Shown: piece by piece, positions 30,436 to 44,076 of the stretch
How the letters are laid out: each line of letters opens with the position of its first letter
Numbering within the stretch: the first letter of the stretch is position 1
From: the human T2T-CHM13v2.0 reference genome, Homo sapiens
NCBI RefSeq assembly: GCF_009914755.1
Contig: NC_060930.1
DNA length: 64,000 nt
Direction: 5' to 3' (one strand)
Made by a program: the position numbers and the translations under genes
Notes under the pieces: generated by a model
Databases searched by the model: none
What the model was told of the DNA's origin: nothing
Seen by the model: the letters and a program-made list of their open reading frames with translations, nothing else

Positions 30436-32671
30436 AAAGAAATATTTGGATATGGGGAACTATACCCAGAGAGAAACCAGGGAATCTACTCAATCCAAGC
30501 TTTCATGGAGACCTGCATGCCCTTGACACAAGTTCTAAAATTGTAGCAACCCACATGATACTGTCATCTGATTGAACCCAGTTAAAACTCTCTGAGGGAG
30601 GAGTTAAGTCATACATAAACACTGTGTTGAGGGCATAAAATATTGAATGAACGGGTAAGTACCATTGTCTAGATTCTTGATAGCTGAAATTGCTGTGCTA
30701 TGACTAGGGCTGTGTCTGTGGAAATACCCATATGCCTCCTCTACCACTCATTAGGTTTGTTACTCTGTCTTTTGGAGAGGTGGTTTTGTTACTCTGCATT
30801 AGTTTTGGTTATTAGGGAGCACCAGGAACAAATGTTCCATGCACCACATTCAGAAGGCAACCTGTCTCCGATTAAAATAGTAGAGATTTTGTAGACCCCA
30901 AGATCCTCATAAATCAGATTCTGTGCCTTTGGTCTTCCTAATTTTAAGTCAGTTTTTCAGAGGATCACAGCCTCTGTCAGTATTTGACCACAAGTACGCA
31001 GATCCTCCAGGTGGCATGTTTGAAAGAAAGAGAGAAAGTGTTTCCAGTCTACTTGAGAGAATACACAATAAATGACTCCTGAACTTCATAATCATATTAG
31101 TTAACTTGCTGCTCTTCATACCTGGGACCTCAACATGCATACCCGTTACCATGTTCAGGGTCTTCTTAGTCTGAAATAATGCATTCACTTGTTGCATTCT
31201 AACTGCAATCCCAGATCTTTGTAACTTTCACTAAAAGTTACTCTTAACTAATCTTCATTAGTTCTTTGACTTCACCAGAACCTCTAGTTGAAAAACTTCT
31301 CTACTTCTTACTTACATCTGTCAGTTTCAGCTTAGATGCTGCAGCCCCAATTTCAGCTGCTCTTTAGTTAGCATCTTCAGCTTCCTTTGTCTTCCTTCAG
31401 TTTCTGGCAGAATCTCAAATCCAGGTAGGATCAGCTGCCTGTTTTGTTCATGCCTGTGCCAGGTTTACTGAGTTGCTAGAGAAAACCAGTCAACTGTGTC
31501 ACTATGAAAATTCATGACAGCTGTCAACATTGACTCCAGTTCTACTGTTTACTCACACTTTCTCCCATCTTCCACATTAACTATTTCAGACATTCTTTCT
31601 GTTCCTCAAACCTCTGAACCTTTTACCATTCTACTCCCTGTCAATAATTGACCCTACCTCCGGCAACTCTCTTCACCTCCAGCCCTCAAATCTGTCAGCT
31701 CCCCTACCTTTGCTCCTTCTCTCCTGTTACAATGGAAGAGGCATCCTGTCCATCTGAAGTGAATCATTTTACCTCACTCACATGTCCTATTTTCTTAGAG
31801 ACCAAAGAAGATAGAGAGCAAAGGCAGGGAGATTTATTAGGGAAAAGCTGTTTTTGTCATCAGTGAATTGATTTAAAGAAAGAACAAAAAATCAGAGATA
31901 GCTTTAAGCCTAGGGTATTAGTGAAAATAGTTGTTGATAGCTAAAAGGAAGTTTAAGAGGGATGTGGTAATAAAACTCATTTCAATAGCTATTGGATTTC
32001 TTCATAAGTTACTGGAGCATCCATGTCCATGTAGGCTTTGCATGTTTGTTAATCAACTTCATGTGACTATTGGGGCACATACAGACTGATGGGGGCTTTT
32101 TTCTCAATAGCATTTATTTCTTATTCCCCCTTTTTTATAGCAATATTTTCAACAAGAACTGGCAATAAACCAATATGGTAGAATTTCCACCAATTATTTC
32201 TGTGGGTTAAAGAAACTATAAAGTACAATTTATTAAACTGGAAAAATAATCATCATCTCTGGAGCCTCTGAAAGCTTGGCATTAACGTTATGTTTTACAA
32301 AAGAATCATTTTAGTGTCTGCATCTATTTTTATTAAGCCTTTCGAAGAATTTCTAATGTGGCAAATGAGCTGACAGCCTAGAAGGAGTATTGATGTGGAG
32401 TATAAAAATGGCCCATATGAAGGATAGAGTAGGGCATATATATAAATAGGAAATTGGACAAGACAATTTTTTTTCCAATTTTAGCTTTTAGTTATTTTTA
32501 AATAAATGGTATTATTTAAGTTAATATAGGTAAAGCTGGCATATAAATGTTGGTTCTCTCCTCCTGTGGGCTAAAATTCTAAAACTTAACCCAAATGAAA
32601 TAGAATTACTACTTATGAGTTGTGTTTTTACATTTTAGGAACCCTGATTGCTGTCCTTCAACGTGTTCATT

Positions 32672-33497
32672 ATGAAGTTATTAGTAATACTTTTGTTTTC
32701 TGGACTTATAACTGGTTTTAGAAGTGACTCTTCCTCTAGTTTGCCACCTAAGTTACTACTAGTATCCTTTGATGGCTTCAGAGCTGATTATCTGAAGAAC
32801 TATGAATTTCCTCATCTCCAGAATTTTATCAAAGAAGGTGTTTTGGTAGAGCATGTTAAAAATGTTTTTATCACAAAAACATTTCCAAACCACTACAGTA
32901 TTGTGACAGGCTTGTATGAAGAAAGCCATGGCATTGTGGCTAATTCCATGTATGATGCAGTCACAAAGAAACACTTTTCTGACTCTAATGACAAGGATCC
33001 TTTTTGGTGGAATGAGGCAGTACCTATTTGGGTGACCAATCAGCTTCAGGAAAACAGATCAAGTGCTGCTGCTATGTGGCCTGGTACTGATGTACCCATT
33101 CACGATACCATCTCTTCCTATTTTATGAATTACAACTCCTCAGTGTCATTTGAGGAAAGACTAAATAATATTACTATGTGGCTAAACAATTCGAACCCAC
33201 CAGTCACCTTTGCAACACTATATTGGGAAGAACCAGATGCAAGTGGCCACAAATACGGACCTGAAGATAAAGAAAACATGAGCAGAGTGTTGAAAAAAAT
33301 AGATGATCTTATCGGTGACTTAGTCCAAAGACTCAAGATGTTAGGGCTATGGGAAAATCTTAATGTGATCATTACAAGTGATCATGGGATGACCCAGTGT
33401 TCTCAGGACAGACTGATAAACCTGGATTCCTGCATCGATCATTCATACTACACTCTTATAGATTTGAGCCCAGTTGCTGCAATACTTCCCAAAATAA
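32672..33497 (+). CDS. ENPP4: ENPP4 coding exon 1 (exon 2 begins 32639): signal peptide and N-terminal catalytic domain of ectonucleotide pyrophosphatase/phosphodiesterase 4
   Basis: Acceptor TTTTAG|G at 32638/32639; ATG 32672 ([11 protein letters not shown]); NPP motifs [16 protein letters not shown] (Thr70), [14 protein letters not shown]; donor A|GTAAGT; 826 nt, phase 1. Confidence 0.97.
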
Positions 33498-34139
33498 GTA
33501 AGTAAACATTCAACTGAGGGATACTATTATTCGAATGGGGCAATTGATTGAGGGGGGTGGGTTGTATAAAAGAATGAAGCTCTAGCTTTTTGTAGTTTAG
33601 AACCATATACTCAGAGTGGGATTATATGTTTTTTTCCTCTTGTTTACAAGTTGAGAGCAGTTGGCCTATGGTTTAGTTATATGGCTTATGGTTTAGTTTC
33701 AAAGTGAGTATTTCTTTGCTTTTGATATATCTAATTATTTGCACTAGAAAAAGGAAATTTTTATCCTTAAACATCTTAGATTTTAGTGTGTGATATTTAG
33801 TGGTGAGGTACTTTCTTCTACTGATCATAGAAGTAGTAGTTAGTAGTAACATGTAATTAGTTTATGTTTACTTAGGAAGATACACCTGAAAAATGTCCCC
33901 TATCTGTAAAAGTCCACCATGGTAATCCACAAAGTGAAACAGATTTGTTAATGTTTGAGAAAGGTGTGTGTTTGTGTGTATCAGTCCCCAACACTCTCAC
34001 ATTATTATTGCTCTGTTTTTTTAAGAAGTGATTTAATAGATGACATTATCTATAATTTACTTCCAATTATTCTAGTTAGACATATTTTTTCCTTATCAAT
34101 CATAACTTGTTTCCTTTGCTGTTTCTTTTTTTTTCTCAG

Positions 34140-34310
34140 ATAGAACAGAGGTTTATAACAAACTGAAAAACTGTAGCCCTCATATGAATGTTTATCTCAA
34201 AGAAGACATTCCTAACAGATTTTATTACCAACATAATGATCGAATTCAGCCCATTATTTTGGTTGCCGATGAAGGCTGGACAATTGTGCTAAATGAATCA
34301 TCACAAAAAT
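34140..34310 (+). CDS. ENPP4: ENPP4 coding exon 2
   Basis: Polypyrimidine tract then CAG|ATAGAACA; encodes (N)RTEVYNKL...[23 protein letters not shown]; donor T|GTAAGT; 171 nt. Confidence 0.96.
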
Positions 34311-34936
34311 GTAAGTATTTAGTTGAGATATTTCTGTTGTATCCTAGGAACAAATCATACCTTGTGATACTGTTGTGTTAAGAGGGTACTTCGATTTAAA
34401 GAAGTTCACACAGAATAATTAGTTCAATTTTCAACCAGATAATTCCCAGGTCTTCATTTAATAGCAATTTACAGTAATCACAATTTCACCTTTAAATTAG
34501 AAAGTAAATTTAAGAGTGAAGGCAAAGTCCTACTTTCTTTCCAAAACTGCAATTACTGTCAGTAATTTTCAAGATTCATTCTCTTGATTTATACAAAATA
34601 GAGAAGTAAAGAAACAGTAAAAGGGGAGAGATTAGCTAATCCTTGTTCTTTTGTGTGTTAAAAAAAATTTGTCTGAGTAACCCTAAGTCTTCCCCAGTAA
34701 CAAAATCATTTACCTGAATGCTACAGCTATTTAGAACACTGGGCAAGAACCAGAAAGTAACCAAACAAATCCACCAAGTGAACAAAATAGATACATCAAA
34801 ATCTCTCCTAAAAAATATATAGGGGAGAAAATGTATAGGGGTGAGTTACAGGCTTGCCTCAAACTGAAGCTTATTTATCCATATTTCATATTCAATTCAA
34901 ATGCTTTTTTTAAAATCTAATTTTGTGGTCTATGGT

Positions 34937-35157
34937 AGGGGTCAGCAAACTTTTTTAGTAAAGGGCCAAATAGAAAATAGTTTAGGCTTTGTGGGCCAGC
35001 TGGTCTCTGTCTCAGCTACTCTACTCTGCCTTTATTGTGTAAAAGTAGCCATAGACAACCTGTAAAGAAATTGAAGTGGTGTGCTTCGGTGAAACTCTGT
35101 TTACAAAAAGGATGGAGGGCTAACCTTCGCTATGGGCTGTAGTTTACAGTTCCCTGA
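34937..35157 (+). mobile_element. MER58A-like hAT-Charlie element
   Basis: GGGGTCAGCAAACTTTT..GTAAAGGGCCA..TTTAGGCTTTGTGGGCCA..GTCTCTGTC..AGCTACTC..CTCTGCC. Confidence 0.8.
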
Positions 35158-35373
35158 TATATAGCAATTTAGAAGTATCAGGCAAGCATAGGACAGACTC
35201 AGAATCAATGAAGTTTGTATATTATTTACATCAATGTTATGTTGCATATTTGTTGTTGACAACCGAAAGTATAGAAAAGCATAGGAAAGAGAACAAAAAC
35301 TATCCATAATCCCTCAGTATGGATTTATAGGCAAATGTTAATTGTGGACATTTCTCCCCATCCAATCTTTTTT

Positions 35374-35590
35374 CATATATATATTCTTTTCTAATATATA
35401 TCTATATTATATATATTATATGTAATATAATTATATGTAATATATATAATATATATAATGTATATTATATATTATATATAATATATAATTACATATAATT
35501 ATAATATATATTTTCTACATATATATGTAGAATATATTATATATTATATATAGAAAAATATATATTTTTTTCTAATATATGTGTGTGTGT
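35374..35590. repeat. (TA)-rich low-complexity, palindromic tract
   Basis: Direct reading. Confidence 0.9.
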
Positions 35591-36363
35591 TTTAATATTA
35601 TTGAAATCTTTATATATTCTGCTTTTTGTCATATTGGTTATTTTTATGATGAAATATTTCAAACATACCACCAAAGAATAATATAACAAATATCAGTATA
35701 CTCATCACCCAGTCACCCGTACTTAATATGAAAGTGGGAGCTTATTAAATACAACGGGTGTACGTTAAATGGCAACATTTGTTAAAATAAAGCTAAAAAT
35801 TGGGAATTTATTATTGGAGTTGTATTAGGGACTATCATATGCTTTTCTTTAAGTCTAACTTTTACTGGGATAGAGTCACCAGATTAGACAACACATTCAA
35901 CGCAAGATCCCTCCTGTAACAATTGAGATAGGTTAGGCTGCAGATTTTCTTTTTCTCCATTTGTTGGCCTTACTCACTTCTGTTCTTCCCAGTTACACAG
36001 AACCCTCAGCCTGACCACTGTCTTTATAACTGGTACTGCTTGCAGTGAGCTTTTGCAAACAGTGCTGAGATTGACAAGTGAAGTAATTGGTACTCGGGCT
36101 GAAAGATAAGTACATCAGGTTGACAAGTGGTGGTAAAGTCTGAGGGTATGACCAGTTGGGAAAAGGGGCATATGTGTGTGTTTGTGTGTGTATGTGAGAG
36201 AGAGAGAGAGAGAGGGAAATATGGAACATAGCTGAGTTGAAGAAATAGAAATTTTTATTTCTAGTCCCTTTCTGAAAGAATTGAATGTTTATATACTAGA
36301 AGCAAGTTATTTTGTCCTAAAAAGTCTGATCTTATTGACTGATGTTGTTTTGTTCTTTTTCAG

Positions 36364-36728
36364 TAGGTGACCATGGTTATGATAATTCTTTGCCTAGTAT
36401 GCATCCATTTCTAGCTGCCCACGGACCTGCATTTCACAAAGGCTACAAGCATAGCACAATTAACATTGTGGATATTTATCCAATGATGTGCCACATCCTG
36501 GGATTAAAACCACATCCCAATAATGGGACCTTTGGTCATACTAAGTGCTTGTTAGTTGACCAGTGGTGCATTAATCTCCCAGAAGCCATCGCGATTGTTA
36601 TCGGTTCACTCTTGGTGTTAACCATGCTAACATGCCTCATAATAATCATGCAGAATAGACTTTCTGTACCTCGTCCATTTTCTCGACTTCAGCTACAAGA
36701 AGATGATGATGATCCTTTAATTGGGTGA
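36364..36728 (+). CDS. ENPP4: ENPP4 coding exon 3: GDHGYDN motif, transmembrane helix and cytosolic tail
   Basis: Acceptor TTTTCAG|TAGGTGAC; hydrophobic [21 protein letters not shown]; TGA at 36726-36728. 826+171+365=1362 nt = 453 aa + stop. Confidence 0.96.
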
Positions 36729-39700
36729 CATGTGCTAGGGCTTATACAAAGTGTCTTTGATTAATCACAAAACTAAGAATACATCCAAAGAATAGTGTTG
36801 TAACTATGAAAAAGAATACTTTGAAAGACAAAGAACTTAGACTAAGCATGTTAAAATTATTACTTTGTTTTCCTTGTGTTTTGTTTCGGTGCATTTGCTA
36901 ATAAGATAACGCTGACCATAGTAAAATTGTTAGTAAATCATTAGGTAACATCTTGTGGTAGGAAATCATTAGGTAACATCAATCCTAACTAGAAATACTA
37001 AAAATGGCTTTTGAGAAAAATACTTCCTCTGCTTGTATTTTGCGATGAAGATGTGATACATCTTTAAATGAAAATATACCAAAATTTAGTAGGCATGTTT
37101 TTCTAATAAATTTATATATTTGTAAAGAAAACAACAGAAATCTTTATGCAATTTGTGAATTTTGTATATTAGGGAGGAAAAGCTTCCTATATTTTTATAT
37201 TTACCTTTAATTAGTTTGTATCTCAAGTACCCTCTTGAGGTAGGAAATGCTCTGTGATGGTAAATAAAATTGGAGCAGACAGAAAAGATATAGCAAATGA
37301 AGAAATATTTTAAGGAAACCTATTTGAAAAAAAAAGCAAAGACCATTTGATAAAAGCCTGAGTTGTCACCATTATGTCTTAAGCTGTTAGTCTTAAAGAT
37401 TATTGTTAAAAAATTCAGAAGAAAAGAGAGACAAGTGCTCTTCTCTCTATCTATGCTTAATGCCTTTATGTAAGTTACTTAGTTGTTTGCGTGTGCCTGT
37501 GCAAGTGTGTTTGTGTGTGGTTGTGTGGACATTATGTGATTTACTATATAAGGAGGTCAGAGATGGACTGTGGCCAGGCTTCCACATTCCTGAAGCACAC
37601 AGATCTCAGGAAAGGTTATTTTTGCACTTCATATTTGTTTACTTTCTCCTAACTCACAAGTTAAAATCATAACTTAATTTCATTAACTTTTATCATTTAA
37701 CTCTCTCATGTTTGTTGTAACCTGAGGTATCCAAATGCTACAGAAAAATTTATGACCCAAATACAAATCTCAATTTGACTGGGACAGAATGAGGAATGGA
37801 GATTTTTGTATTTATCTTTGGGACTTTATGCCTTACTTTTTAGGCTATAGAATAGTTAAGAAATTTTAAACAAAATTTAGTATCTTTTGGTCTTTCACAC
37901 CATTCATATGTTAAGTGGCAGAATAGCCTTAGTGCTACCTCCACTTTTTTCTCCAGTATTTGCATCACAGAAATAATCCCTCTGTTTAACATGTTTGTTC
38001 AGAGCCAAGGGTTTATTGTGAAGAACTGTCATCCTGCCTTTGCTAGCTGGTACCTTCTAGTAATCAAAATTAATATGAAGAAACTAGGTTGTGACAGACT
38101 AGATTATATTTAGTAGGGGAAAAATTGGGCTCAAGAACCATTCATCAGTACGTGAGACAAGCAGTTAATAGTATGATCTTTAAAGTTTTGACAATATAAA
38201 ATAAACTTGGTAACTGTTTTACAAATATAAAAGTATAATAAATATGCAGCCCAGTTAAATATTGATTATCTGTGATGGTAAAGAACAACAGTGGTGCCAG
38301 TCATCAAACATACAGTGCGTCCTATTGAGTCACTGCTAATTTCTTGAGCCTGGTATTTGCTGCCTATTGTATTTGTGGTTGTTGAGAGGCATTTTCAAAC
38401 CCTGTATAAATAATCCATGCTGTTGGTCATAAGTTAACTGTATTAAGAACAGTAAAATAAATAAAAACCAATAGTACTAATTTTGCTTTAAAAAAATTTC
38501 TAATTTTTTTCACATAAAACAATTATCCTAAAGGTTAATAGTTGATCGAAACAGAATAATAGAAAAATTCTACTTTAATTTCCATTAAAAAGCAAATAGC
38601 ATTGACACATTTAAAGCTTTTCATTTAAAGTAGTGGATGTTTTTGAAGTATCTAAAATAGTAGCAGAATATTTTATACTTGGTCCTTGCAATGGTGTGAG
38701 TTTTAATGATTGCATTATCGTGATTGGTGGTTATGAGTTTCAGAAATCTATACTTGGCATCCAACTCATGAGTGGATTTTATATAGGATGGAACAGGAAG
38801 GTATGTCCTGTCAGTATCTTAACCCTTTCAACAAGACATTTACCTATTTGTCTTTCCTTACGTTCTCAAAATATTAACTCGAATTGTAAATTAAGCAAAA
38901 ATTTAAAAAGTATATGTTGATGGGACAAGAAGAATAGTATTTATTTAATAAAACATATATTATATTGAACTATGTGTTAATTCATTTGTATCTTTTAAAA
39001 AATTATCACTGTTAAAGCCATTGACTCCTTTAGTACACTGAGAAAAATCTTATAGTAAAACTAGCCTTTCACATTAAGGTTTTGGTGTGTATTTTGTTAA
39101 ATAACTAACATGCTGCTCTATTTTCTGGGTGTAGAAAGTATTTGGCTCTAGGAAACATTTACTTGTTTGTGAAAACAATACCCCAAGGTAATAGGAAAAG
39201 TTTGAGTTAAGTGTTTTTAATTCAGTCAGTGAATTCAGAATAAGTACATTCATGTATAACATAGGGACAGTTCTGCTGCTGTTATTTATATGCAATTCTT
39301 CTGGTAAATAGCAATAGAATAAAACATATTTCAATGTTTGTGTATAGGTTTTATATTATTATTCCACTAGGAATGGCATAAGAATTTATAGATAAATTCT
39401 TGTAACATTAAAGGATTAAAATGTTTTTACATTGTTTTTGGGTGTCTCCTTCTTGTGCCCATATCTGATAAGCTTTATGGATTATTGCATTTAATTCCTT
39501 TTATTTGGAGGGTTTTACTTCCTTGTTAACATATAAAGTTATAAATGAAGGACAAGGAGGAGATGGAAAATGTGTATTTATTGTTAATTCTTAAAATAGT
39601 GTGTAAATAAAATAACATCAGTGTGCTTTAAAGAAATGTGTATGTAGTGCCTTAATTTAAATTAAAATATTTTTGACTGTTACTTGAGTTCAGAATTAAT

Positions 39701-39785
39701 GACTTTGTTCATGATTTTTAAAATGTGTGTGAATAAAATCTACCAAAAAATTCTTACTGTAATTATTAAATATAAAGTTCAGTGT
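36729..39785 (+). other. ENPP4: ENPP4 AU-rich 3'UTR (~3 kb, end approximate)
   Basis: No recognisable interspersed repeats; AATAAA at 39732 and ATTAAA at 39765 followed by a GT/T-rich element; several upstream AATAAA are possible alternative sites. Confidence 0.7.
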
Positions 39786-40587
39786 CACTGGTGATTTTTA
39801 CATTTGTTACCTTCTTGCAAAATATACTTACTGTGCTAGATGTTGACATGACTTAGTAATATTATAGAAGCCCACATAGGTGTTTATTAGGATTTTTTAA
39901 CTCTTTAACAAAAAGTTTAAAACAGTGTGTAAGTATACAATCCAGCATAAGAACATCATTGGAAAGAAAGCCAAGATAAGTTTTATAGAACCTCCAGAGC
40001 TATGATTTATTGGCTTATGGTAGAAGAGAAGAGGTTTGAAAAAAACCGATTATAAAATAGTGGGGATGGTAGGGGAAGCATTATAATGTTTAAACTTTGT
40101 ACATAGCCATAGGCATTTAATGACTTGTCCAATTGAATATAGATTCAAGAATTCTCCTATTAGAGCAGTGATTAATTCATTTCCTATTTTTGTATTAAAA
40201 GAACTCTGCTAAGAATTGTAGGAAAACAAAAGAATAAATGGAACATTTTTTACTCTGAAAGAGAATTATTTCAAAAGTGGTAAAACTTTATTTATACCAA
40301 CAAATTACCTATGTGTACTCATGGGTTAACTCTTGCTGCTGAGAGCCTTGTATCTAGAATCATTTTCCAGACCTTGTGCTTCCTGAGGTTCAGATGCTAA
40401 TTTTGCCTCTTCCCCCAACTCCCAGCCTCCTTAGTGCCTATGTTTGGTTATTATTACATCCTTCTCACCCCATCCTCCACTAGTGTACTCACACACACAT
40501 TCACAACCATTGCTTGAAAGAATATGTGAGAATCTAAATGATCCATCTGGGCTCTGGAGTCCTGTAACAGACATGCTGATCACAACA

Positions 40588-40712
40588 TATATGTGTATGT
40601 GTGTATGTAAGTATATGTGTAAGTGTATATATATATGTATGTGTGTGTGTATACTATACATATATGTATGTATATACTAATATATATATGTACAGGCACA
40701 TGTGTGTATAGT
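40588..40712. repeat. (TATG)/(TA)/(TG) degenerate microsatellite
   Basis: Direct reading. Confidence 0.85.
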
Positions 40713-42143
40713 TCTATATTCTTATGTAATAACTATGTGTATATGTTGAAATGACTAGATCCTCTGACTCCTGTCCCATGGTCAAAATTACCTGGGAGGT
40801 AAATGCAGAGTCTATACCTAAAGAGTAAGCCAAACTGCTATGCAGGCTTTCTGTGTCCACGTATCTTTTTTTTATCCTTTTGACCTCTGAAATCTCATTT
40901 CCACCGTCAATACACAACCTGGTGAGCTCTTCCACTGACAGCTCCATGATGATGATTTACAGACATGTGTCTCCAGTCTAGACCTTCCTCTTCTGTTAAA
41001 GATACAAATTGCTATTAATTTAATCAGCATTACATTCATATCAACCATGCTCAATCTCACTTTCGTAGGCGAGTGGTGGAAAGGAGCAATAGAAATTAAC
41101 CCCAAAACAAATCTAGAAAATTTCACTATATAAATAACCATTTTATAAAGGGGCTTCTATAGGTTAGACAGAGTACTATTGATTTACAAAATGTTTGAAA
41201 TATCCACTGAGGAGAGTGAATATGTTTTTTACACTCGAAATTTCTGTGAAGATTCTCCCTCACTCCCCCTTTTTTTGTAATCTTAAAAAGACATGTTGGG
41301 TTCTGTATCCAGTAATGGTAGACTGTGTAATTCAAACCAGTGCTCTTACTGAGGACTAGAAAATCTGGACAAATAAAAGATTTGTGCTTATGCATTGAGG
41401 AATTTCCAGAAAGTGAAGAATGAAGAGGCTAGGATTTAGAAGGAAAAAAAAAACCCAATAAACATGAGTCCCTAATGGCATCTATGAATTGTGGAAGAGG
41501 CAGCTGAAAGGCTGAGAAGCTAACCTAATCAGAAGAGACTAGGAGCGGGTGATTGAAGGAGAGAAGGCACAGATGTAAATATATCTATTAAAATCATGCA
41601 TCTGCACTATTTGGCACAAATTTGAAAATATAAATGAATAATTTCCTAGGAAAAAAATTATTGGATAAAACTGACTCCAGTAAAGAAAGAGAAAACAAAA
41701 ACATACCAGTTTCTGTATTTAGGAAAAGGTTGAGGCAGTTATAGTGTATAAAAAAGTATCAGGCCTCAAAGACAATAATCCTTTTTTTTTAGTGACTCTG
41801 TCAGGCTTGGATATCAGTTTATATTTGCCTCAAAAAACTAACATTTTAGAAAATGAAGTATATTATTTTTAAGGTGAATAAAACTGATACTGAACTTGAA
41901 AAAATAGCACACAAAAAAACTATGGACCAATCTTGAATGAAAGAAACATTTTTCAAAAATGAAAATTAAACCACATCTGTAATTAGATGTAAATAGACTG
42001 AACATTCCAGTGAAAAGGCAGAGATTATCAAAGTAGATGAAAAAGCAATATCCAACTACATGTAGTCTACAAGAGAATCACTTTAAATACAAAGACACAA
42101 ATTGAATTTTAAAAAAGGATAGAAAATAACATGCCATGGAAAC

Positions 42144-42513
42144 TGTATTAGTCCATTATCACTCTGCTAATAAAGACATACCTGGGACTGGGTAATTTAT
42201 ACAAGAAAGAGGTTTAATTGACTCACAGTTCCACAAGGCTGAGGAGGCCTCAGGAAACTTACAATCATGGCGGAAGGGGAAGCAAATATGTCCTCTTCAC
42301 ATGGTGGCAGTAAGGAGAAGTGCAGAGCAAAGCAGCGAAAAACCCTTATAAAACCATCAGATCTGATGAGAACTCACTATCACGAGAACAGCATGGAGGT
42401 AACTGCCCCCATGATTCAATTACCTCCCACCAGATCCCTTCCACAACATGTGGGAATTGTGGGAACTACAATTCAAGATGAGATTTGGGTGCAGACACAG
42501 CAAAACCATATCA
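42144..42513 (-). mobile_element. THE1C/D-like MaLR solo LTR
   Basis: TGTATTAGTCC...AAACCATATCA; exact 5-bp TSD GAAAC (42139-42143, 42514-42518). Confidence 0.9.
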
Positions 42514-43659
42514 GAAACTAACCATAATAAATATATACATATTGATATCAGAAAAAGTAGTCTTCAAGACAATAATTTTCAGGAACAGAGAGATTTCATT
42601 AATGTACAAGGACCAATATGTAAGGAAAGCATGACAATTCTAAAAGTGTTCATACCTAAAAACAGCTTAAAAACACATTAATCAAAAACTGATGGAACTA
42701 AAGAGAATTCGTAAACATAATTGAAGAATTTAGCACTCCTCTCTAAGTCGTTGATACACCAACCACACCAAGAAAAAAAGACAATAAAGATACAGAAGAC
42801 TTGAGTGATTTTATTAACCACCTTGACTTAAATGAGATTTAGAGGAGATTACAGCTCCAAACTGCAAAATATATTATTTTTATAAGTATACATTGAAGAA
42901 TTACCAAGTTTGGCCATACACAGGACCAGAAAACAAGTCTCAGTAAATAATCTCAAAGAACTGCAATTTTACAAAGTATGTTTTCTGACCACAATGGAAC
43001 GAGGGTCAATAACAATACAATTCAGAAAATCCTTAAATATTTGGAAATTAAACAATACAATACACTTCTAAATAACTTATGAGAAAAATAAAAATAAGGC
43101 AAATAAAATATTTGGAAATGAATGATCATAAATATGTAGCACTAAAATCTATAGTATGCAACTAAAGCATTAGAGGAAAATTTGCAGCTTTGAATGCCTA
43201 TCTTAAGAGAGGCTGAAGGGTTCAGAATCAATGATTACAGCCTTCGCTTTAGGAAAACAGTAAAAGGAGGAAATAATCCAAAGTCAGTGGGAGGAAGGAT
43301 ATAATAAAAATAAGATCCAAATTAATGAAATCGTGAAGAGAAAAAATAATAAAGTGAAAATTTATTTTTTAAAAACATACTAGTAAAATTGGTAAGATGA
43401 CCTAAGAAAAAAGGGAGATAGCAGAAACTGGCAATATCAGTAATAACAGAAGCGCCATCACTGCAGATCCTACATATGTCAAAAAGATAATACAGAATAT
43501 TATGCCAATGGATTTGACAATTTACATAATAATGGATAAATTCACCGAAAAATGCAACTTACCAAACAAATAAAAAATGTGAATAGCTTTATATCTATCA
43601 GACATTAATTTATAAAAAAATCCTTATAAAGAAAACTTCAAGTCCAGGTGTTTCACTGA

Positions 43660-44076
<417 letters not shown>

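Noticed and set aside
32648-32671. N-terminal extensions in the ORF track for ENPP4 (and 61356 for ENPP5)
   Set aside because: These start at TTG. The ATGs at 32672 and 61350 directly precede signal peptides and give the expected 453 and 477 aa.
32759-32974. Similar antisense ORFs opposite ENPP4 (32759-32974) and ENPP5 (60892-61224)
   Set aside because: Their similarity follows from the conserved sense-strand coding sequence; there is no independent evidence for them.
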